NCBI GenBank assembly: GCA_016927695.1
Contig: JAFGME010000297.1
Coordinates: 1 to 12,438 of the forward strand
Direction: 5' to 3'
Length of the DNA stretch: 12,438 nucleotides
DNA from: Bacteroidales bacterium
Lineage (GTDB): Bacteria; Bacteroidota; Bacteroidia; Bacteroidales; JAFGHD01
This document shows, one piece after another, positions 7,084-12,438 of this stretch. Under the pieces are notes generated by a model that worked only from the letters and a program-made list of their open reading frames with translations, ran no database searches and was not told the origin of the DNA. A program made the position numbers and the translations under genes. Each line of letters opens with the position of its first letter. Within the stretch, counting starts at the first letter, position 1.

Positions 7084-9906
7084 TCAACCTGCTAAAGTCA
7101 TTTCCTTTTGCCTGGCTTTTGCTTCACCGGCAGGTTTGAAATCAGCATCGGCTTCACTCCACACTCCAAGCGCTTTATCAAGATATTCCATCCCTTTTGA
7201 AGTATCGCCCTGTGCAAAACTGATCAGGGACGCCTCAAAGTTGATCTCAGGATGATAAGGAAAATTATTCAGGGCCTTTGCAATATTTTCATTGGCCTTT
7301 TTCATTTGCCCCAATAGCCTGTAGCATTTCGCAATACGCATATTTATAAAATTCGAAGTGGGTTGCTGACTGAGAAATTCTTCATAATGCTTCACTGCCG
7401 TTTCGTAATCGCCTTCAATTTCCGAGATATAACCCAACGCATAAGAAATATTTGAAAGCAGCATCTCTTCACCAAATCCTTTTGCCACTTCTTCGGCATC
7501 GGGTATTACCCTGCGCGCATTCTCCGCATCTTCCAACTCCAGGTAGGCGAATAAATAACCAAAGGCTGCGACTTTATCCACCGGGGGATTAAAATCCGAT
7601 TCAATCTTCTTCAGTTTTTCAAATGCCTGTGTTTCATCACCGTTGATGATATATTTCCTTATATTGAACACCTTTGTTACCTGTACCCTCATAGGGTTCA
7701 AACTCAATTCTGCCTCCCGGAGCATTTTTTCGAAGTATTCGAGAGATTTTCTCTTCTGACCTTTTAGTTCATAAAAATCAGAAATGGCATCCAGGCATAT
7801 CGTCTTATCCAGGTGACTTTTTGCGACATCCAGCGCTTCAAAAAGTCCTTTGCCCGCTTTTTCGAAACTGCCTAAGCGCATATCAATCCTTGCCAGACTG
7901 ATGATGATCTCCACATTGCCCTGATCGAGCAAAAGGGCTTTTTCGAAGTGTTGACGCGCCTTTTCAAAATTGGCGGAGGTCAGGTAAAGATTCCCCATAG
8001 AATAGTAGGATTCATAATCCTGTGGAAATCTCAGCGCATAATCCTGATAATAATACAATGCAGAATCATAGTTACCCATCGCCTTGTAAAAATTCCCGAT
8101 TTCAAGAAGAATATTTCCCTGGTCCGGGTCTATCTGCAGAATGACCCTGAGCTGGGATATCGCCTCAGAGAACATATTTTTATATGAATATCGTTCAGCC
8201 AGGGTTTTGCGGCCCTCAATGTCGTTGGGGAATAATTCCACCCACATTTTGATCACCGATAAAGCTTTATCTGCTTCCTGTTTCAGCAGATAATAAAAAA
8301 ATTTTGTTTGGAACTGCATCCTTTCCGGAAGTTTATAAATGTTATCCATGGCAGCCTGCAGTGATAAAGAAGCTTTTTCGGCATTGTTGCTGTGGAAATG
8401 AAATTCAGCCAGCGTGACATGCGCCAGGGCAAAGCCGGAATCGGTTCCAACAGAGGATTCCAACAACTGAACCGCCTGTGGAAAGTCATTGTCAAAAATT
8501 GCGTAGGTGTATCCACGGATATAGTGTTTCAGGGCATCGTATGAACCGGTGAGTATTTCAGTTAAAGGAAAGTCTCTGGTATTTTCAATATGCAAGGCAG
8601 GGATACCGGTGTTTTGCTTGATGCTCAATGCCATCCGGTCGGCCAGATCAAAAATGCTTTCTCCGGTGAAATCGTCTTCTGAAAGCAGTTTTCCGTTTCC
8701 GGTTTCATAAAGCCTGAGAGTGACCATGTATTCGTTTCCGGTTTTCTTATAATCTCCTGCAACAAAGTAATCCTTGTGATAATACTCCGCCATCTTCTGC
8801 ATAAGCGGCACAGGTAAGCTGATGCCCCGGTCAAAGCCGGCATTCAGCATTTTATTCTTGAATTGGAAGGCGGTTTGTATATCCATATACATGTCCTGGG
8901 AGAGATCATATTCAAGCATGGTGACCAGGCCATACCGAAGCCATTCGTACTCTTCATTTCCTGTCTGGTTTTCCGGGAAAAACACTGCGATTTTTTTCCT
9001 GAACTCATTTTTAAGGACGACCCTTTCGATCTTCCGGCCCTCTTCATCTTCAAGTGTGATGGTCTTTGTTGTAGCTCCCAGGTCCTTACCCCCAAACAAA
9101 AGTCCGGAAAGGAGGAGAGTAAATACAATGTTCGCAGGAAGTCCTATCATTTCTGTTTTTGACCATCGTTTATGTTTTCTGCCGCTGTGAAAGTAAGAAA
9201 GGATAAAAACAGCGGGCAAAAGGGAGATCATGATCACCCCGGAAAGCCTGATAAGATGAGGGGATAATGAGTAAGCGCCGGAGACATTCACAATCAGAAC
9301 CCTTATGAGGAAAAATAAGGCCAGGTACGCTGCCATAAAATGAATGACTTTTCTCTTCCAGAGATCGGTGAGCAACGGATCATTGGCCCTTTCTTCAGGA
9401 TCCTCTTCCCCGGGCATGACGATCCGGAATATCTCTACCAGGTCATTGACGTTTTTCAGCTTCTTCTTACCCAGGGAAACCGCACGGATTTCTTTTTTAT
9501 TTCTGAGCTGGCTCATCACATCCTCTGAAATGCAGATTCCACCGGGAGGGGCAAGAGGTTCAATCCTGGCCGCTGTATTCACAGCCGAACCAAACACATC
9601 TTTTCCTTCAAAAATAACATCGCCGATATGTATCCCGGCCCTGATGATAAGATCGCTGTTCCTGAGTTTCTCCTGCACCTCAATGGCAAAACGCACCGCC
9701 TGTATGGCGCTGCTGAACATCATAAGCAGGCCGTCGCCCAGTTCTTTGATGATTTCGCCTTCGTACTGCTGCACCAGCGGGAAAATGATTTCCCTTTGTT
9801 GCTTCAACAGTTCCATGGTGTTCTGCTCACTCTCCTCCATCCTTTTTGTATAACCCACTATGTCGGTGAATACAATTGCTGCAAGCTTGTGAATGTTTTT
9901 TTCCAT
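7084..9906 (-). CDS. Adenylate/guanylate cyclase domain-containing membrane protein with a C-terminal TPR-repeat domain (940 aa): N-terminal class III cyclase, 3 predicted TM helices, ~650 aa of TPRs
   Basis: Class III cyclase homology-domain motifs: metal Asp in 'AAIVFTDIVGYT', second Asp and adenine-specifying Lys in 'GEIIKELGDGLLMMF', 'IRAGIHIGDVIFEGKDVFGSAVNTAARIE' (Asn/Arg transition-state pair). Three hydrophobic helices around residues 190-270, with a strongly basic loop (HSGRKHKRWSK) between TM2 and TM3. Then many 34-aa TPR-like units (…AISQLRVILQIDPDQGNILLEIGNFYKAMGNYDSALYYYQDYALRFPQDYESYYSMGNLYLTSANFEKARQHFEKALLLD…). Confidence 0.85.
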   Translation of the reverse strand: MEKNIHKLAAIVFTDIVGYTKRMEESEQNTMELLKQQREIIFPLVQQYEGEIIKELGDGLLMMFSSAIQAVRFAIEVQEKLRNSDLIIRAGIHIGDVIFEGKDVFGSAVNTAARIEPLAPPGGICISEDVMSQLRNKKEIRAVSLGKKKLKNVNDLVEIFRIVMPGEEDPEERANDPLLTDLWKRKVIHFMAAYLALFFLIRVLIVNVSGAYSLSPHLIRLSGVIMISLLPAVFILSYFHSGRKHKRWSKTEMIGLPANIVFTLLLSGLLFGGKDLGATTKTITLEDEEGRKIERVVLKNEFRKKIAVFFPENQTGNEEYEWLRYGLVTMLEYDLSQDMYMDIQTAFQFKNKMLNAGFDRGISLPVPLMQKMAEYYHKDYFVAGDYKKTGNEYMVTLRLYETGNGKLLSEDDFTGESIFDLADRMALSIKQNTGIPALHIENTRDFPLTEILTGSYDALKHYIRGYTYAIFDNDFPQAVQLLESSVGTDSGFALAHVTLAEFHFHSNNAEKASLSLQAAMDNIYKLPERMQFQTKFFYYLLKQEADKALSVIKMWVELFPNDIEGRKTLAERYSYKNMFSEAISQLRVILQIDPDQGNILLEIGNFYKAMGNYDSALYYYQDYALRFPQDYESYYSMGNLYLTSANFEKARQHFEKALLLDQGNVEIIISLARIDMRLGSFEKAGKGLFEALDVAKSHLDKTICLDAISDFYELKGQKRKSLEYFEKMLREAELSLNPMRVQVTKVFNIRKYIINGDETQAFEKLKKIESDFNPPVDKVAAFGYLFAYLELEDAENARRVIPDAEEVAKGFGEEMLLSNISYALGYISEIEGDYETAVKHYEEFLSQQPTSNFINMRIAKCYRLLGQMKKANENIAKALNNFPYHPEINFEASLISFAQGDTSKGMEYLDKALGVWSEADADFKPAGEAKARQKEMTLAG

Positions 9907-9964
9907 CCGGATAAGAATTGTAGTTGAAATGATTTAACCTGCGAAACAATCTGATGATAACCCA

Positions 9965-9996
9965 ATGACCTGCCAAAGATATAAAATTCAGGTCAT
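9965..9996 (-). promoter_or_regulatory. Perfect 8-bp inverted repeat ATGACCTG-N16-CAGGTCAT spanning the putative cyclase promoter (possible operator or 5' hairpin)
   Basis: Seen directly in the sequence. The arms are exact reverse complements. The 16-nt spacer contains the -7 box. Confidence 0.3.
9974..9981 (-). promoter_or_regulatory. Candidate -7 box (TATCTTTG = TAnnTTTG) for the cyclase-TPR gene, embedded in an 8-bp perfect inverted repeat
   Basis: Perfect TAnnTTTG match 67 nt upstream of the ATG at 9906. Flanked by ATGACCTG (9965-9972) and CAGGTCAT (9989-9996). Confidence 0.35.
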
Positions 9997-10016
9997 AATA
10001 ACCGAAACCGCTATTC

Positions 10017-10061
10017 AAAAAAAAAGGCTGACAGAAAAATCATGATGACTTTTCAGCAGCC
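10017..10061 (-). terminator. Rho-independent terminator downstream of the peroxiredoxin gene (end of the perR-bfr-prx transcription unit)
   Basis: The minus-strand RNA reads GGCUGCUGAAAAGUCAUCAUGAUUUUUCUGUCAGCC followed by U9. The GGCUG/CAGCC outer stem plus AAAAG/UUUUU and UCA/UGA inner pairs give ~13 bp. It lies 22 nt after the TAG stop. Confidence 0.65.
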
Positions 10062-10082
10062 TCCGCAATTAAAATACAAATC

Positions 10083-10799
10083 CTATTTTTTCAGGATGGC
10101 GTCCAGCACCTTTTGCTTATCAAGCTTTTTGGTGCAGAAGAACCAGTCGTAACAATGCATATCCTCATTTTTACTTTCCATACGGTCTTTTGCACTACCG
10201 CATGAACCGGCGGGAGGAACGATCACATCGTCACCCGGACGCCAGTCGGCCGGTGTGGCCACCGAGAACTTATCAGCGGTCTGAAGAGCGATCAGCGCCC
10301 TGTACAGCTCATCAAAGTTACGTCCGAGGCTGAGCGGATAATAAATGATAGTGCGGATGATCCCTTTGGGATCGATGAAGAATACGGCCCTTACGGCTTT
10401 GGTGTTGCTTTCGCCGGGCTGCATCATACCGTACTTTGAAGCTACTTCCATAGTGATATCTTCAATGAGGGGGAACTTCACCTCAACATCCTTCATCCCC
10501 TTGTATTCTATCTTTTCCTTGATGGTGCGGAGCCAGGCTATATGGCTGTAAAGTCCGTCAACCGAAAGGCCCACCAGCTTGCAGTTGGCCTGCTCAAACT
10601 GTGGCTCCATGTTTGCAAAGGTCATGAATTCAGAGGTACAAACCGGCGTAAAATCTGCCGGGTGACTGAAAAGGATCACCCATTTCCCTGAATAATCATC
10701 CGGGAAATTAATGTCACCCTGTGTTGTTACAGCCTTGAACTTCGGCGCTGCATCTCCGATCCGTGGCATAGCCACAGCCTTTTCCATATTTTCTTCCAT
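10083..10799 (-). CDS. Peroxiredoxin, 1-Cys Prx (Prx6) subfamily of the AhpC/TSA family
   Basis: 'WVILFSHPADFTPVCTSEF' contains the peroxidatic Cys in the PVCTSE context typical of 1-Cys Prx. Thioredoxin-fold length of 238 aa. Alternative in-frame starts at M5 or M11 (MPRIGDAAPKF…) would be more typical than the first ATG. Stop TAG at 10083 is followed by a terminator. Confidence 0.9.
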   Translation of the reverse strand: MEENMEKAVAMPRIGDAAPKFKAVTTQGDINFPDDYSGKWVILFSHPADFTPVCTSEFMTFANMEPQFEQANCKLVGLSVDGLYSHIAWLRTIKEKIEYKGMKDVEVKFPLIEDITMEVASKYGMMQPGESNTKAVRAVFFIDPKGIIRTIIYYPLSLGRNFDELYRALIALQTADKFSVATPADWRPGDDVIVPPAGSCGSAKDRMESKNEDMHCYDWFFCTKKLDKQKVLDAILKK

Positions 10800-10823
10800 T
10801 GTTGTAAAGTTTTAAAATGATTG

Positions 10824-11318
10824 TTACTTAGTTGTTTGACTTGAAATATTTTTACTCCTTTCGATGGACTGAAGGGCGAGGTAATTGTCGCCGAATTTCT
10901 CCAGGTTTTCCATCTCTACATCGTACTGGTCAAAATGGCGTTCTTCGTCTGCCACCAGGGCTTCAAAAAGCTTCTTCGACACCGAGTCGGCATTGGCGGC
11001 ACATTCGTTGGCCCACAAATTATAATCCCTGACACTGCTGTCTTCCATCTCCCTTGCCATCTCGAGCATCTTTTTCACATCATTGATTTTCTTTACCTCT
11101 TCGGATGCAGTAAGTTCCACTTCCCCCTTCAGGAAAAGAATTCTCTCTGCGATCATCTCAATGTGAAGCATCTCTTCAATGGCGGTCCTCTTAAACAGGC
11201 CGGCAAGCAGGTCGTATCCCTGATCGTCGCAGTGAAAATGAAAATACATATACTGATGCACAGCGGTAAGTTCATCGGCTACTGCCTTGTTCAATAATTC
11301 AATACTTTTCTCTTTCAT
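10824..11318 (-). CDS. bfr: Bacterioferritin (ferritin-like diiron protein)
   Basis: Clear by-eye alignment to E. coli Bfr. 'ELLNKAVADELTAVHQYMYFHF' matches '[20 protein letters not shown]'. 'EEMLHIEMIAERILFLKG' matches 'DEMKHADRYIERILFLEG', including the heme-axial Met position. The C-terminal 'ADEERHFD' second ferroxidase E..H motif is present. 164 aa. Confidence 0.85.
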   Translation of the reverse strand: MKEKSIELLNKAVADELTAVHQYMYFHFHCDDQGYDLLAGLFKRTAIEEMLHIEMIAERILFLKGEVELTASEEVKKINDVKKMLEMAREMEDSSVRDYNLWANECAANADSVSKKLFEALVADEERHFDQYDVEMENLEKFGDNYLALQSIERSKNISSQTTK

Positions 11319-11364
11319 GTCAGTAAATTTTTGTTTAAAATGTGTTTATTCATAATGCTTTTTG

Positions 11365-11390
11365 AAATTAAAAGCGGGCGCTTTACCCGC
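11365..11390 (-). terminator. Weak GC hairpin + U-rich tract overlapping the Fur-family gene stop (possible attenuator/partial terminator between the regulator and bfr)
   Basis: RNA …GCGGG UAAAGCG CCCGC UUUUAAUUUCAAAAAG. A 5-bp GC stem with a 7-nt loop, then a U/A-rich run. The stem includes the TAA stop codon. Stability is marginal. Confidence 0.25.
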
Positions 11391-11808
11391 CGGGATGCTC
11401 AAACTTCCCGATGATCTGAAGGTTGATATCCTGTATTTCAAATCCGGGTATATTGTTGTCTGCGAAATAGTTATGCAACAGTTCATTCAATTCATCATCA
11501 AAATAATCCTCAATCCGGTCTGACTCAAGGCAGTACAAATGGTGATGTTTTTCATGGATGGCATCATACCTCATGTGGTCCTTGTCGGTTTTCACTTTTG
11601 CCAGGATGCCCCTGTCGGTGAAAGTTTCCAGTATCTTGTACACTGTGCCGGTCGCTATGTGAGGGTTTTTGTCTCTCACGAAACGGGTCACCTGCTCTGC
11701 AGTGGGATGTTTCTTAAGAACAGCAAAAGCCTCAAGCACGGCCAGCCTCTGGGGTGTAACCCTCATACCCCTCTGCACCAGCAATTGTCTCATTTCAACG
11801 GTATACAT
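11383..11808 (-). CDS. Fur-family transcriptional regulator (PerR/Fur-like), 141 aa
   Basis: N-terminal winged helix 'GMRVTPQRLAVLEAFAVLKKHPTAEQVTRFVRDKNPHIATGTVYKILETFTDRGILAKV'. Regulatory-site 'HHHLYC' (HHHxxC) motif. Lacks the paired CxxC structural-zinc motifs (only one Cys). Sits at the head of the bfr-prx cluster. Confidence 0.85.
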   Translation of the reverse strand: MYTVEMRQLLVQRGMRVTPQRLAVLEAFAVLKKHPTAEQVTRFVRDKNPHIATGTVYKILETFTDRGILAKVKTDKDHMRYDAIHEKHHHLYCLESDRIEDYFDDELNELLHNYFADNNIPGFEIQDINLQIIGKFEHPGG

Positions 11809-11921
11809 ATAAAATTAATTCCTAAATAAGAATGTTTCCTGAAAAAGAACACGTAAAATTACAAATTGTTCATTAAGAAAGCAAGGTTTCTTCAAAAAAT
11901 CAATCGGCATCCATCACCGGA

Positions 11922-12438
11922 TCATTGGGGTTGCTTTTCCGGCATTTCCCTCAGGTAAAAGACAAAGCCGTTTTTCTCATACAAACGGATGAAATCGGGG
12001 AACCACTCTTCATGCTGCCGGGCTTCGGTGACCCTTACCACAAAATAAACCGGCTTATCGACAGCTCCATGGAGCAGCCAATCCTTGTTGTTATGATTTG
12101 GATTTTCAGGCTTCTGTTTGTTGGTATAGAACAGGTAAGCATAGCTTTTAAACCCTAACGGTTTAACGTAAGAAGCCCCGTTGCTGTGTGCCCTGTAAAA
12201 ATCAATGGCAGCGCGCTGGACAAACTGCCCGGCTTTGGGCGCCAGAAGAAGGGCCGACAGGTTGACGGCCAGCAACGCAGAGATAAATAATGAAATAACG
12301 GCCGTTTTCATCTTCCGGGCGGCAAACAGGATGAAAATCACCCCGCCGGAAAGCAACAGGGCGCCCGGGATATAATCTGCAATACTCCATTGCACTTCCG
12401 CCCTGAGGCATGCTGCGGCAAATTCGTTTTTAATGAAA
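11922..12438 (-). CDS. Membrane protein, C-terminal portion (frame is open to the right window edge; the GTG at 12395 is only an internal candidate start): 2-3 TM helices followed by a ~100-aa soluble domain; possibly the C-terminus of a GT-C/PMT-ArnT-like glycosyltransferase (speculative)
   Basis: Frame open from 11922 (TGA) to 12438 with no stop. Hydrophobic segments 'IPGALLLSGGVIFILFAA' and 'AVISLFISALLAVNLSALLLA', then a hydrophilic tail (…YVKPLGFKSYAYLFYTNKQKPENP…VYFVVRV…). No catalytic motif recognised. Confidence 0.45.
   Translation of the reverse strand, partial: FIKNEFAAACLRAEVQWSIADYIPGALLLSGGVIFILFAARKMKTAVISLFISALLAVNLSALLLAPKAGQFVQRAAIDFYRAHSNGASYVKPLGFKSYAYLFYTNKQKPENPNHNNKDWLLHGAVDKPVYFVVRVTEARQHEEWFPDFIRLYEKNGFVFYLREMPEKQPQ

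Noticed and set aside
7084-9906. Considered whether the class III cyclase could be a Pycsar/CBASS-like defence cyclase with the neighbouring FISUMP protein as effector
   Set aside because: Pycsar cyclases are small stand-alone enzymes paired with TM/TIR effectors. This one is fused to TM helices and a huge TPR sensor domain, which is the architecture of housekeeping signal-transduction cyclases. The adenine-specifying Lys/Asp suggest ordinary cAMP synthesis. The neighbour has a signal peptide and no cNMP-binding domain.
9907-10016. Checked the largest intergenic region for a tRNA/small RNA gene
   Set aside because: No cloverleaf-compatible segments and no GTTCnAnnC T-loop motif. The region is accounted for by the prx terminator and the cyclase promoter/inverted repeat.
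11809-11921. Looked for a canonical Per box (TTATAATnATTATAA) or Fur box upstream of the Fur-family regulator and upstream of bfr
   Set aside because: Only weak AT-rich near-palindromes are present (e.g. TTATTCATAA at ~11347-11356, AATTAATT at 11813-11820). None matches the consensus convincingly by eye.
12202-12411. 69-aa minus-strand ORF overlapping the right-edge membrane protein gene in another frame
   Set aside because: Overlaps a longer ORF that runs to the window edge and has coherent TM/soluble organisation. The translation is Arg/Pro/Gly-rich, typical of an out-of-frame read.

Overview
This window looks like a contiguous chromosomal segment from a Bacteroidota-type genome. The clues are roughly 45-48% GC, AT-rich intergenic spacers, no Shine-Dalgarno sequences, and TAnnTTTG-like -7 promoter boxes. 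All credible genes are on the minus strand. Reading 5' to 3' on that strand (high to low coordinates), the window holds: (i) the 3' end of a membrane protein gene running in from the right edge; (ii) an oxidative-stress/iron cluster of a Fur-family regulator (PerR/Fur-like), bacterioferritin and a 1-Cys peroxiredoxin, closed by a clear rho-independent terminator; (iii) a large membrane protein with an N-terminal class III adenylate-cyclase domain, three predicted TM helices and a ~650-aa C-terminal TPR domain; (iv) a secreted multi-domain protein ending in a Fibrobacter-succinogenes-major-paralogous (FISUMP) domain, preceded by tail-fibre-like repeats and an Ig-like module; (v) a class-V PLP-dependent aminotransferase/cysteine-desulfurase-like enzyme; (vi) the conserved NfeD/YqiJ-like + flotillin (SPFH/band-7) gene pair; (vii) a soluble family-2 glycosyltransferase (DPM1-like) followed by a small partial ORF leaving the left edge. 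I found no CRISPR array, tRNA or rRNA. I also found no integrase, transposase or restriction enzyme, and no recognisable defence-system core protein. All long plus-strand ORFs lie antisense to these genes and look spurious. So I cannot support calling a new 'system' here. The most unusual items are the cyclase-TM-TPR architecture with a perfect inverted repeat over its promoter, the FISUMP repeat protein, and a T9 homopolymer next to the catalytic lysine codon of the aminotransferase. All product calls come from reading motifs in the translations by eye, with no database search.
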